DNA from: Octopus vulgaris
Lineage: Eukaryota
DNA length: 64,000 bases
Reading direction: 5' to 3'
Assembly (NCBI GenBank): GCA_951406725.2
Contig: OX597815.1
Location: 1,736,001 to 1,800,000, forward strand
Under the pieces are notes generated by a model. That model saw nothing but the letters and a program-made list of their open reading frames with translations, made no database searches and had not been told where the DNA came from. Of the stretch, positions 43,469-56,365 are shown piece after piece. How positions within the stretch are numbered: the stretch's first letter is position 1; each line of letters begins with the position of its first letter. A program made the translations under genes and the position numbers.

Positions 43469-43677
43469 TTCTACAGAGTAAGATAACAGGGTGAGAGTGT
43501 GAGAAGGGGGAGGGTGGAACAAAAGAAATTAAAATAAAAAAGTAGAAGAGTAAAAAGGAGGTGCAAGGAGGGGGGAGGTTGGGTTAATTTTCTGTGATAG
43601 ATTTATGGATTTAAAAGTTTTAAAGGTTCATGGGTGGAAGAGATTAAGGATATAGAAAAGGTTTATGGATACAAAAC

Positions 43678-43713
<36 letters not shown>

Positions 43714-43900
43714 AAGATAGATATATAGATAGATAGATAGAAAGATAGATATATAGATAGATAGAAAGATAGATGCCTGAGACACACCAACCTATTGTAA
43801 TCACTTCTGTAGAAATATGTTGTCTTACAACTTCCTGTTCATCTTTTCATTTTATTATACTTACATATACATACATATATGTGTGTGTATATATACATAC

Positions 43901-44072
<172 letters not shown>

Positions 44073-44993
44073 ATACACATACATACACACACACAAACAT
44101 AGTTATAACGAAAGAGATTGAATATTAAAAAGGGAGTGTAGACTAATTCTTATATAATTCCGAGAAAAACTGAAAGCATTATCTTTACTAGTGGCACTTA
44201 GCAAATACACAAATACTACTACTACTACTACTACTACTAATAATAATAATCCTTTCTACTATAAGCACAAGGTCTGAATTTCTTTTTGGGGGGTGGGGGT
44301 GGGGGTGAGGGTGAGGGTTCATTGGATGATTAGTTCAGCCTCAAAGCTCAATTAGTGCTTTTTTAGTGAATCCCCAAAGGAACAAAGAGTGAAGTTGACC
44401 TTTGTGGAATTTGAACTCAGAACATGAACAAAATGCTATAATAATAATAATAATGATGACGATAATAATAACAATATTAGTAATAATGATTTCAAATTTT
44501 GGTACAAGGCCAGCAATTTCGGGAAGGGGGTGAGTTGATTACATCAACCCCTCAGTGTTTAACTGGTACTTATTTTATTGACCCCGAAAGGATGAAAGGC
44601 AAAGTCAACCTTGGAGGAATTTGAATTCCGAATCTAAAGACGGACGAAATGCCGCCGCCAAGCATTTTGCCCATCATGCTAACCATTCTGCCAGCTCAAT
44701 AACAATAACAACAACAACAATAATAATGATGATAACAACAAACTAATGAAGTTACGTTATCCTAAACTAGAAACAGTAAAGCAAGCAACATCGTTTTCAC
44801 CTTTCGAGTTTGGTGGTACCATCTAAGAATTAATCCAGGCCTTAATTAACCGAATGAACTAACCCCACCCACCCACCACTAATATAGCTATCTTTATGCC
44901 AAAGTTAGAAATAATTCATTAAGAACAAGAGTTCATTACATTATTTACCTTATTTACATTCGACGGATATTTGCCCTCATCTCGTTTGTTGTT

Positions 44994-45042
44994 AACACAA
45001 CGTTTCGGCTGATATCCCCCCCTCCAGCCTTCATCAGGTGTC
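44994..45042 (-). ncRNA. Minimal type I hammerhead ribozyme (Penelope-like element type)
   Basis: Minus strand GACAC-CTGATGA-A-GGCTG(loop)CAGCC-GAAA-CG-T-T-GTGTT. Stem III is reduced to the palindrome AACGTT; triplet GUU. Confidence 0.65.
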
Positions 45043-45751
45043 TTGGGGGAATTTCAAACCTGGGTTCTCATTCCTAAGGTATTTTTCAAAGTTCATTACC
45101 ACAGTTATTATTTCTAAGAGTAACCCTTAGTCTGTTGGCGAGAAGAACACTTGCTGTTGGTATTGAGTGAGATCTTGGAGGGTGGGAGTTCCTGAATTCT
45201 CCCTAAGAAGGACTACATCACTCTCACCCTTTTCTCCCTCCTTCTTTCCTTCTTTGTTTCATTGTATACTTTCTATATTTGCTTTGTTTTCACCATTTCT
45301 TTACCTTTAACCTCCCCACCCCCCGGGCCTCACTCTCCACGTCTCTCTTTGCATTTGTCTCTTCGCCGTGTGCTGCCCTGGTGGGCAAATGAAAGCAACC
45401 GCGATTGTCATTAACGTTTAGAGTTTCCTTTCAGAACAAGAGTTGAGATTTCATTTGACTCTAAAACTTTAAAAGTCTTGGGAGAAATTCTTTGAACTCT
45501 TGAAATAGACACCTTCAACGCCCCCGACCCCCCCGACCCCCCAACTAGCAGAAGGTACAAAACGATGCCACTTGCAGCGGGACGTAGACAAAAGTTTGGT
45601 AAGGAATTGTTACAAGTCACTAAAACAAAAATAACAAACAACAAGTGAAAAAAAACAAAAACAATAAACATATTCTAAATGAACTTACAAAACACTCGGC
45701 GATGACATAGGATGCTGTGTGTGTGTTTGTTTGTTTGTGTTTGTTGCTGTA

Positions 45752-45790
<39 letters not shown>

Positions 45791-47507
45791 CCTCGTTTGA
45801 TGAAGAAAAACAAAAAAAAACTGGAAAGCACGGAGAGTGAAAGACTTCCTGATCCTGTTTGGTGCGAGTGTTTGTGTGTTTGTGTTGCTAAACACCAGTT
45901 GCGTGACGCAAGGCCTTCCTGCGCCAATTAAATGCCTACAGCATGGACAGGCATGAGTGTTTTCACCATCCTTACCAGCAGCCTTTCACGTACGACACTA
46001 GCAGCAGCAGCCACCACCACCACCGCAGCCACCACCACCGCCACCACCACCACCGCCACCACCGCCACCACCACCACCGCCACCACCGCCACTTCTTCTT
46101 CTACTTCTTCTTCCTGTATTACTACCACTGACTGATGACAATTACAAATTTGTATTGACCGATTTGCCTTTATGTTGTTTTTTTGGCTTTTGTTGTTTTC
46201 TTTGTGTTGTGGGTAAAAAAACGAAAACGGTTAAAAACAGAGAGGAATGTCCTGCTTTTTTTTGCCGTAAATTAGGTTTGTTTGAGTTTGAGAAGGGAAA
46301 AAAAATAGTTTAAATTTTAAAACACTTTTGGATGGAAACGAAATAAAGTGAAATAGAAACTAAATTTCTTCTGCTGGAGGCTGTGAAGAATCTCACCGAA
46401 GTGAGGAATGGTAAACATTGATGAAGTAGATTAGAAAAGGAAGAAGAAAAAAACCTTTTAAAAAACAAAACAAATTAATAAGAAATAAAAAAAAACAGCC
46501 AACAAACAGAGCAGTTATAGAATTGGAAGGAATGGTATGAGGAGTAGAGAATGCCAGAGTTTGGAAGAAGTGGGCAGAGGGCTTATCAGAGCCAGGTTTG
46601 GGGTGGGGTAGCCGATAGGGGGGGGGGACTAGCAGAGTTTCTGTTGTCCCACCAAGACTAAGAATCTGTTACAAAATGCACAACATTCTGTCCAAAGAAA
46701 AACAAACAAACAAACACCACCACCCACTGTTACCAATTCTCTTGGACAGCAGCAGCAGCAGACCCAGAGATAATTCTAAACTTTCACAGATAAGGCATTT
46801 TTTTTAGTGAGAAGCTTGAAAGAACTGACTTGACTAATTCAAAAACGATGATAAAAATACCATTGAACACAAGTTTGTTTTTACACACACAACCAGCCTT
46901 TTGGTGGCATGATTCTAGGTTGGAATTGGTGTGGCTGGCCTGGGCAGAATAAGATTACGCTTCTTGGGAAGTGGGGTGGGTCAATGTACAGCTGTAGGGA
47001 ACACATCAGGGTTACTAGCAAGATACCAGGAATACAAAGGGTTGCAGTTATTATGCTTTGGAAGTTCACATCTGATACAGAAACAGAGGGCATTACGTGT
47101 TTGGGGAAAAGGAGAGAATGACGTCTGAACCTGACTCACCCAAAATATTTTAGGTTATTAGAACACAGGTTAATAATGATCAACATAGACAAATACATGT
47201 ATATCAAATACCATACAACATTCAAATATTTGCTACTACCACCGAGACCAACACCTGCGATTAGCTTCACCTGGGTTGGCAAATTCTGGTGGCACGTAAA
47301 AAGCAACCACTACACTCTTGGAGTGGTTGGCATTAGGCATGACATGGACAGCAACAGACTCCCTAATTCATTTAGGCTAACTTTGTTCCTTGAAAGTTTG
47401 GATGGCATCAGTCACAACTCTGCCTCTTAACGAGCTGTCTATTTTCAATGAAGCTAGCTTCGTTCTTATTAGCTTCCAGCAGAATCATTTGTGCAAAAGT
47501 AAGTTCC

Positions 47508-47714
47508 AATACTTTTACTTGCCTCAGGTATACCCGATACACTTCTACTAGTTGTCAGCACTCACTCCTGATTTAATAAATACTTTTACCTGCCTCAGGT
47601 ATACCCGATACACTTCTACTAGTTGTCAGCACTCACTCCTGATTTAATAAATACTTTTACCTGCCTCAGGTATACCCGATACACTTCTACTAGTTGTCAG
47701 CACTCATTCCTGAT
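47508..47714. repeat. 71-bp tandem repeat, about 3 copies
   Basis: aatacttttac(c/t)tgcctcaggtatacccgatacac starts at 47508, 47579 and 47650. Confidence 0.9.
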
Positions 47715-47992
47715 AGAATAAAATTACAACGTTCTCATATTCATTACACAGGCTTCTCAAAAGCACATTTAATGGACTACGGCAACAAACACTTGCATAT
47801 TTCAAACTAGTGACCACTCTCTATTTGATATTCAATATTTCATCTATTCAATAAGACAATCAATACTTCATTTCATTTTACTATATATATATTCTATATA
47901 CATAATAATTGATATAGGATAAAATTTTTTGGGACTTGGTGCTTGCTTCTTCCGTGGGTATGAATAAGTATTTCATTTATATCTCGCGTATG

Positions 47993-48051
47993 TGCCGCTG
48001 AAGAGGGGAAAATTTCTTGTGAATTAACCCCGAAATTGGACCAATACGGTA
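47993..48051 (+). ncRNA. Type I hammerhead ribozyme (canonical core)
   Basis: Stem I TGCCG/CGGTA; core CTGAAGA; stem II GGGG..CCCC; GAAA; stem III ATTG-gac-CAAT; cleavage triplet AUA (after 48046). Confidence 0.75.
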
Positions 48052-48501
48052 ATAACGAATTTTTTAGAGATTTCTATCGGTTTGTTTCGAGACGCATAAA
48101 TTTAATGGTTATCGACAATTTTTTGTTTTCGGCGTATCTGGCATTAGAATTTTTCTTCTGCCCTTATCTTGTAAATTATGTATACTCTATATTCTACATT
48201 AATATTATAAAGGATATAAATAAAACATAAAAAACAGAGTTGGAATTTCTTTGAATAATATATATATATATATATATTATTATCATTAAAGGTGCAAACA
48301 CATCACAACAATATAACCAACTCAGAGTTCCATGTTCTTGTTTGTTGGATAGTTTAGATTGAGAAGCGAGAATGTGAGCAGCACATTTTTGAGATGTTTT
48401 TACAGCTTTCATAATAATAAAGCAGGTTACTCTAGCTCCAGTATTCCAGGACTATTTCCCCCCCACCTTGTTTCATATTTATCTCCTTACTTTGGTATGT
48501 G

Positions 48502-48534
<33 letters not shown>

Positions 48535-48726
48535 GTGTGTGTATTGTTAAATACTCAAAATACGAGACTAGAGAAACAGCCATCAACTGACAAACGGGCG
48601 ATCTTTGTATTTGCTTTGTTTTCCATTTCTGTCTTTCGTTGTTCAAAAGAACAATTCAAGTCCCAGGTACTTCTGCTTCGTACTTTTTTTTGTTGTAAAC
48701 GTTTCATGACGTCCTGTGCCCACATA

Positions 48727-48766
<40 letters not shown>

Positions 48767-48825
48767 CGTACAGATGCAAGTATGTACATATACGTATGTA
48801 TATATGCATATATATTATCTATATT

Positions 48826-49147
48826 ATTATCATTATATCACGTGATCACATGACCGACCAGGCTATCAGATGTTGCTACACATCGCTGGTCACAATGCGC
48901 TTCACATTGTTTTAGCCTTCAAATGACGCCACCCCGCTGGCTAAGCGAGCAGGCCAACAGAAGAAAGAGTAAGAGAAAGTTGCGGTGAAAGAGCACAGCA
49001 GGGATCGCCACCACCCCCTACCGGAGCTGCGTGGGGCTTTAGGTGTTTTCGCTCAATAAACACTCACAACGCCCGGTCTGGGAATCGAAACCGCGATCCT
49101 ACGACCGCAAGTCTGCTGCCCTAACCACTGGGCCATTGTGCCTCCAC
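48826..49147 (-). mobile_element. tRNA-derived SINE family C-like element
   Basis: Minus strand ggaggcacaatggcccagtggttagggcagcagacttgcggtcgtaggatcgcggtttcgattccc (tRNA-like A and B boxes); 3' end shared with the 2212-2520 copy. Related copies at about 32153-32440 (+), 37237-37550 (-) and 62596-62880 (+). Confidence 0.7.
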
Positions 49148-51564
49148 ATTATTTTACATACACACACACACACACACATCCCCCCCCCTTGTAATACACT
49201 TTGCATATATCTAAGCTGCTCTGCTATTTCCCTTCTACATACAGTTGTTGGTCCCTCCCACCCCTGTATACCCTGCATCTAATCTGAGAAGGTGTTGAGA
49301 ATGGAAGAGAGGCAGGCAGAGTGTTGTTGAAGAGGAGACAGACCAAAGCTTATCTTCTTTATTATCGTTTGGTGAGTATTAAGAAACAGCAGGGACTTGA
49401 GAAGGGGGCAGAGCATTTGCGAAACCATCTGGTAACAAAAGAATTCCACAGTGGTTGTATAGGTGGTGGTGGTTGACCTATGTAGAAGTGATTATTTTGG
49501 TGGTGGTCGTTAGAAGCTTTTTCATTGATCGAAAACTATTACACGGTTGATGACAACCAAGTCTCCTGCACCAATGAGAGAGCCTTTAGGGGGTTGGTCT
49601 TCTTGCTAGAAATTGTAGTCAAATTTCCCTTCAATCATAGCTTGTCATTTTAAAGATACAGTGGATAATGTAATCCAAGGTAGGCTATGACTAGAAAAAT
49701 GCGAGATTTTCATTTCTATCAAATTACACCAAATATTTCATTTGTTATAATCTACTTAATTGTATTCATTAATTAAATGCATTCCTTAATTTCATGTTTC
49801 AGTCACAATGTCATTATGTATGAAACTCTCAACTACTGATGTAGGTGAACCGGCAGAAATGCTGAGCGGTATTTCGTCTGCCGTTACGTTCTGAGTTCAA
49901 ATTCCGCCGAGGTCGACTTTGCCTTTTATCCTTTCGGGGTCGATTAAATAAGTACCAGTTATGCACTGGGGTCGATATAATCAACTTAATCCCTTTGTCT
50001 GTCCTTGTTTGTCCCCTCTGTGTTTAGCCCCTTGTGGGCAATAAAGAAATATATATATGAAACTCCACCAGATCATCCAGTGTCAAGGGGTTATGATGTC
50101 AGGGTTCGCTTTGGTTTGTCGGATGACAGCGGCAACCACCACATCACAGGTGATTGAACAGGTAGTTCAAAAGCATGGGAAACTGGTCAAATAAAATAAT
50201 GATTCCAGAAGGTTCTTCCGAGATCATACGATTAAAACGAAAAAAAAAAGGAAAAAAAGATTCGACTTTTTCCACACAAATGAACTAAAGAGTTTAAAAA
50301 AATTGTTGAAAAGATACCAATTTTGGAAAATGAGTTTGGTGGGAGCGTCCACTGCATTTGCTGTCCTATTAGCCAGACCACTGGCAGGAGATATGGCAGA
50401 ATGGTAATCAAACGCTTGTAATGAGGTGAATTGGTGGAATTGATTGAATGAACAAAAAGCAGAAAGAATGTGGAGAAGGAAACCATAGAAATAAATGGTT
50501 AAATTAGTTTTAAAAAGAAAAGGAGCTGCGGAGAGAGATGCTGTATTCTATTCTCACCCGTTCACCACAGAACAATCGATGTTAAAAGGATATTTAGACC
50601 TGCTGAGACAGTGCCCCAGCATGGCCATGAAACAGGTAAAATATAATAAATAGCTTCAGTGAACACGTTTCAAACATCATCAGGTGAGACCTAAAATACT
50701 AATGAAAGATTGGTTTCAAATGTTGACACAAAGCCGGCAATTTCGTGGGGGGTGGAGGAAGGGGAACTGAGTCAATCCACCGCACCCCACCCCACAAGGG
50801 CTTAACTGGTTCTTATTTTATTGACTCCTAAGAGGAATAGCACTAAACATTTTGCCCAGGATGCTGACAATTCTCTCAGTCGGCCACCTGACGGATAATA
50901 ATAATAATAATAGTAGTAGTAGTTGTAGTAGTAATAATAATAATAGTGGTAATAATAATAGTAGTAGTAGTAGTAGTAATTCTTCCCAATTTAAATACAA
51001 GGCCAGCAATTTCGAGGAAAAGAGACAAGTTGATATCATCAACCCCATTACATCACTGGTACTTTGTTGATCCTGGAGCAAAGTTGACCTCAACAGGATT
51101 TGAACTCAGAACGCAAAGCAGCAGAAAAAAAAACACTGCAAAACATTAGTCCCTCCCCCCCCACCTCCCATTTCTAATGATTCTGCAAATCTCTCATTTA
51201 GCAAGAAGGGGTTAGTCAATACCACCAACCCCCAATAAGTGACTGGTACTTTACTGACCTCAGGCAGAATTTTCACCTGACGCGCGCACACTGTGTGAGT
51301 GAGTGTATGAATAGGTATGTGCACATGAGCGTAAATATATTTTTTGTTGCAGTCATCAGTCTAGTGCATATTCTGTCAGTGTCTTTTGCCTAATCACTCA
51401 GCTATGGGAAGGTAAACAAACCAACAACATGTGGCAAGTAGCAGTGGAGGACAAACACAGACACACACATATAGGGAGAGTTTACGAAAAAAAGCAAAAG
51501 ACGAAGACAGGTGGTGTAGAAAACAAACAGATGTATTAGTATAACGCTTGGGAATAGAAAAAGT

Positions 51565-51600
51565 CTTTTACGTTTCGAGCCTATGCTCCTCTACAGAAAG
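51565..51600 (-). ncRNA. Degenerate minimal hammerhead-like motif (A6 replaced by U)
   Basis: Minus strand CTTT-CTGTAGA-G-GAGC atag GCTC-GAAA-CG-T-A-AAAG; more decayed paralog at about 25630-25665. Confidence 0.35.
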
Positions 51601-52906
51601 GAACACAGAAAGAAACAAGGAGAGAAAAAAATGTGTGTATAGAGAAAAGTTAAGAAAGTATAAAGATAAAGTAAGGATAATAATAACAGTTTTACGTAAA
51701 GTTCAAAGGTTTTTTGATGTCGTGGTGCATTGCAAGGATTTCTCATCAAGAGTAGACCCACAGTGATCCGTAGGTAGGAGAGGTGCATGCGCATATATAG
51801 GTACAGGAAGGGCTGTGTGGTAAGTAGCTTGCTTACCAACCACATGGTTCTGGGTTCATTCCCACTGCGTGGCACCCTGGGTAAGTGTCTTCTACTATAG
51901 CCTCAGGCTGACCAAAGCCTTGTGAGTGGATTTGGTAGATGGAAACTGAAAAGAAGCCCGTCATATATATCATCATCATCATGATACATTTACAGTGATA
52001 CCTCAGCAGTTTCAGTTTAATTCGTTCCATGACTGAGCTCGTCTTATGATTTACTCGTTGTACAAATCAATTTTCCCCCTTTGAAATTAACTAAAATATA
52101 ATTAATCCGTTCCAGCCCCTAAAAACCACTCAGAAATAATTTCTTATGGGTTTTAAAACAGAAAAAGGGGTAAAATGGTTATTATAAAAAAGAGAGAATG
52201 CAAAGGAAATATGCAAACTGGTTTTATTAACTGAATTACCTTAAAGATGGGACCATTTGTGTACCTGTACTGTGGATTTCCACTCGAATTTCAAGACAAG
52301 AATTCACACGAGTCTCTGGTCGTACAGCAAATTACTCATACAATGGGGCACTCGCACTGTGAGTTTCTACTGTATGTATGTGTATATATATATATATATG
52401 GAGACCGGTGCAGCATTCTGGCTCGCCAGCCCTCAGTGAAACCCGTCCAGCCCATGCCAGCATGGAAAGCGAACGTTAAACGATGATGATTTTGATTATA
52501 TATATATATATATATAATTATAATTATTATTTGTAGAAAAATACAAACTGGGACAAGAAGGCAAAACACTTAGAAGACGACACAAAAAACACGGACGGGA
52601 CATTCGAAGCCGTCAATCTTCAGTCAAGAACCGGATCATCGTAGCAATTTCGGCTGATTAATCTTGAGATCGCTCCAATCCGGCCAGCCCCAAGGAAAAC
52701 TAAGCTACGAGCATTAGGTTTCTTGGAAAAAGGATCGAATGTATACGAAACAGGGACAGAAAAATGGACGATGCCACACGAATATAAAATACAAAAAACA
52801 ATAATGGTAAAAACAGGACGAAAACAGCAGGTGTCTTACGACTAATAACAGTACAACAAGTTTAGTTGGCGTATTTGGAAAAAAATGCCTTTTCGGCAGT
52901 GGAAGG

Positions 52907-52946
<40 letters not shown>

Positions 52947-53311
52947 GCTGTATTTGATATTATTATAGATGTTTTTATGAGGCAGCAAGCTGGTCCCATC
53001 GATTGTATGTCATGCAAAATGCTTATTAACATATTGTGTGTCTTTATGTTGTGAGTTGAAATTCCACTGAGGTTGACCTTGCTTTTTATCCATTTGGGGA
53101 CGATAGAATAAGTACCAGTTACGCACTGGGGTCGATGTAACCAACTTAGCCCCTTCCTCGAACTTGTTGGTCTGGTGACAAACTTTGAAACCGACATCAT
53201 ACAGGCTTTATAAAAACCAGACATGTAGCACCAAGACTACACACACACACACACACACACACTTGCCAAAAAGAGGAAACAAACCGTTTACAATTAGAAA
53301 AGAAACCTTAC

Positions 53312-53383
53312 TTGACGAATAAAGTCTGTAGTTTGTAAATCTTGGTCGTCAGAGCATTCTTCCATTTCGTATATGGTATCCAT
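53312..53383 (-). CDS. Candidate alternative first exon of PDE3 (MDTIYEMEECSDDQDLQTTDFIRQ)
   Basis: ATGg start in unique sequence; donor CAA|gtaagg, phase 0. Confidence 0.5.
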
Positions 53384-53904
53384 TTGCCCTCTCTCACAGA
53401 TTTTTATCTCAACTGATCAGAAGTGTTTAGACGAGACCAGATCTCTACAGACACTGAAAGGTCAGGTTTTTACAAGAGGCCACACCAAACAATAAAAAAA
53501 AAATAAAGCACTTAGTTACAAAGTTATTGATTCCATGATATTGAAGTGCAAGAACCGGGGCCTTAAACAAAAGGAGGACAGACACAGGATTACTAAAACA
53601 CTGAGCAGCCAAGTACCACTCCAGGTGCAAGTGGTTCCAGGTTCAGTTCCACAGTGTGGCAACTTGGGTGAGTGTCTTCATTACAGTCTGAGGCTAACCA
53701 AAGTCTTTTGAGTGGATTTGGCGAACAGAGACTGAAAGAAGCCCATTGTATATAAGTGTGTGTGTGTGTGTGTTTGTCTCCCACCACTGTTCCTGCAGAA
53801 TTTGAACCCAGAACATAAAGACAAATGAAATGCTGCCAAGCTAACAATTCTGCCAGCTTGCTGCCTTAAATAATAATAATAATAATAATAATAAAAATAA
53901 TAAC

Positions 53905-54475
53905 AAGTATAGACTTGACAGCAAAAAATTGGTATGACCACAAACCTGAAGGCATCATCAAAAATGATAATGCAAAGATCCTGTGAGATTTTATGATTCG
54001 ACAATAAGATAGAGAATAGGAAGCCAGACATATGATGCGACAATAAGATAGAGAATAGGAAGCCAGACATAGTCTTAATTGAGATAGAAAGCAAACAATG
54101 CTGGATCATAGATATAGCATGCCCAGCTGACAACAAGGTATGGGATAAGGAAGATTGAAAAGTCGAGAAATATGACAGGTTGGCTTGGGAGGTTAAGCAG
54201 TTGTGGTCGATGAAAAAGGTAGCAGTAGTAACAATAATTGTCGGAGCCCTGGGAACAGTGAGCAAATATCTCGAGAAGTATGTGGAACAAATAATGGCTG
54301 CAATAAGGGTGGAGCCCTTGCAGAAAACAGCACTGCTTGGAACCACTCAAATGCTCTGGAAGGTGCTCGAAAAATAAGGGGTGTTACTTTAGTTCACTGG
54401 TAGTGAACAGCTGACGCTGTAGTACATCTCCAGCGTTAGAAGCTGTGCAAAGGGAATAAATGATGATGATAATAA
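53905..54475 (+). mobile_element. Dong/R4-clade non-LTR retrotransposon 3' fragment 1 (restriction-like endonuclease)
   Basis: RKPDIVLIE..CWIIDIACPADNKV..KVEKYDRLAWEVKQLW..IIVGALG..LQKTALLGT; stops and a 36-bp internal duplication; follows (TAA)n. Confidence 0.8.
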
Positions 54476-55520
54476 GTGAGTTTAAGCATAATACCCAGGT
54501 TGAACTGTATGAGGGAAGTGCAGCAACTGTAGTTGCAAAGAAGGTGAAATCAACAGCAAAGCAAAATGCATTTGAACAATTGTCTGACAGGTGGGAACGA
54601 AAACCTCTGCATGGCAAATACATGGCCCTTAGCAAACAAGCTGATGCAGACCAGAAGCACATCAGTGGCTACGGAGATCAGGGCTAAAGGCAGAGAGTGA
54701 AGGTTTTATTTTGGCTGCACAAGATCAGAGCTTATTGACCCAGGACTATCAAGCCAATGTGATGAAAAATGGTGTAGACCCAAAGTGCTGATACTGCAAC
54801 GATGGGATAGAAACAGCAGACCACCTAATCTCTGGATGTAAGGATTTAGCACCTGCAGAGTACAAATCAAGACATGACAGAGTTGGCCAATATCTACCTT
54901 GGATAATGTGTCAGCATTATAAAATCAAAAATGGTACAAGCACCACCCTAAGGGAGAAAATGAAACTATTCTTTGGGACTTCCCAGTATGTACAGAGTGG
55001 ACTGTCAAGGCAAACAAACCAGATATTGCTGTGAAAGACCAAAATAATAAAGTCTGTTTATGATTAACATGAACATACTTTGTGACCAGAATATCTCAGC
55101 AAAAGAATTTGATGAGCTCAGAAAATATAAAGATTTGCTAATCGAAATCGAAAAGATGTGGCATCTCAAGATGGTTACAATACCAGTGATTGTAGGAGCA
55201 CTTGGAATGACCAAAAAGGGAACTGAAAATTATCTAAGAATGATCCCTGGCTTACCATCCATGCAGGAAGTGCAAAAGATTGTCTTAACTGGTCATACGT
55301 ATTGAGAGGAACAATGTTGCCGTGAATTTTCTCTCCCTTTTCCCCTTTATTTTCTTTTTTACTTTTTAATTTTTTTTCTGTCTTTCTTCCTCTTTTTCTT
55401 TAACACATGACTTTGTAAATGGACAATTTGGTGGGTTTATTTTAATGGTGTTTCTCTGCCCTAGGTGTCAAGAAGTCACTTGGCAAGAAAGAGAAACAGA
55501 ATTGAAAGATGTTAATGAAA
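54476..55520 (+). mobile_element. Dong/R4-clade fragment 2 (CCHC knuckle plus RLE), degenerate
   Basis: WERKPLHGKY, ESEGFILAAQDQSLLTQ, KC*YCNDGIETADHLISGC, ANKPDI, KYKDLLIEIEKMW..IPVIVGALG; frameshifts; (TAA)n tail. Confidence 0.85.
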
Positions 55521-55560
55521 ATAATAATAATAATAATAATAATGATGATGATGATGATGA

Positions 55561-56046
55561 TTCAGACAAAAATCATGCCTCCTCATTGATATGACTATCC
55601 CAATTGATATAAACGTATCTGTCAAGACCTACCAAAAACTGAGCAAATATAAAGATCTGGATATAGAAATCGGCAAAATGTGGAACCTGAAGACTAAAAC
55701 AATACCTGTTGTCATAGGTGCCCTGGGAATGATAGCAATGATAGCAAAAGGGGCTGATTGCTACCTAGCTCAGATACCAGGAAACCCCAAAATGGCAGAA
55801 ATTCAAAAGATAGTGCTCATGGGAACTGCTCATATCCTACGCAAAATACTTTCTATGTAATCTCAAGTTTTAAAACAAACAATTTTCTTATGGTTTATCA
55901 AACATTCTCTAGAACAACACTATGTACAAAACCAAATATATGGCACCCTAGGCATAACACCAACACGAACTTCCAACTTGTTGTCTCTTGAGGTCTCTGG
56001 GTGAGACTTGGAGCCAACTTGTACAAATGTAAAGCAAAAGTCAAAC

Positions 56047-56050
<4 letters not shown>
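55561..56050 (+). mobile_element. Dong/R4-clade fragment 3
   Basis: CLLIDMTIPIDINVSVKTYQKLSKYKDLDIEIGKMW..IPVVIGALG..IQKIVLMGTAHILRKIL; (TAA)n on both sides. Confidence 0.85.
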
Positions 56051-56079
<29 letters not shown>

Positions 56080-56080
56080 T

Positions 56081-56365
56081 AAGGTACTGAAACCTATTTG
56101 AAAATGATACCAGGCTTACCATCCCTACAGGAAGTGCAAAAAATCGTGTTAACTGGAACGGCTCATGTACTGAGAAGAGCATTATCGCTGTGAAAACAAC
56201 ATCCATTCATAAATTTATTTATTTATTAATTTTTAATACATATTTTATCTGTGAATTTGCGTGTGTAATCTGGGAATGCATACAATGAGCTTCTCTGCCC
56301 TGGGTGTACGGAAATAACACTCGGCGAGAAACGGAAGAAAATTTGAAGAAAGAAGAAAGAAAGAA
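56081..56365 (+). mobile_element. Dong/R4-clade fragment 4 (extreme 3' end, related to fragment 2)
   Basis: KGTETYLKMIPGLPSLQEVQKIVLTGTAHVLRRAL; 3' UTR motif tctctgccct.ggtgt shared with fragment 2. Confidence 0.75.

Noticed and set aside
47140-47198. ATG...GG|gtgagt mini-exon (MYLSMLIIINLC...)
   Set aside because: Phase 2, and the phase-0 frame has a stop.
49070-49147. tRNA-like sequences at SINE heads
   Set aside because: A and B boxes run directly into SINE bodies without a complete acceptor stem; these are not tRNA genes.
50660-50690. Minus-strand CTGATGA-tgttt-GAAACGT
   Set aside because: No stem II and G at the cleavage position, so it cannot form a hammerhead.
52640-52712. Hammerhead-like stems (gtagc/gctac, ggctg/cagcc, GAAATT) in the 25039/52535 repeat
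   Set aside because: No CUGANGA-equivalent box between stems I and II.
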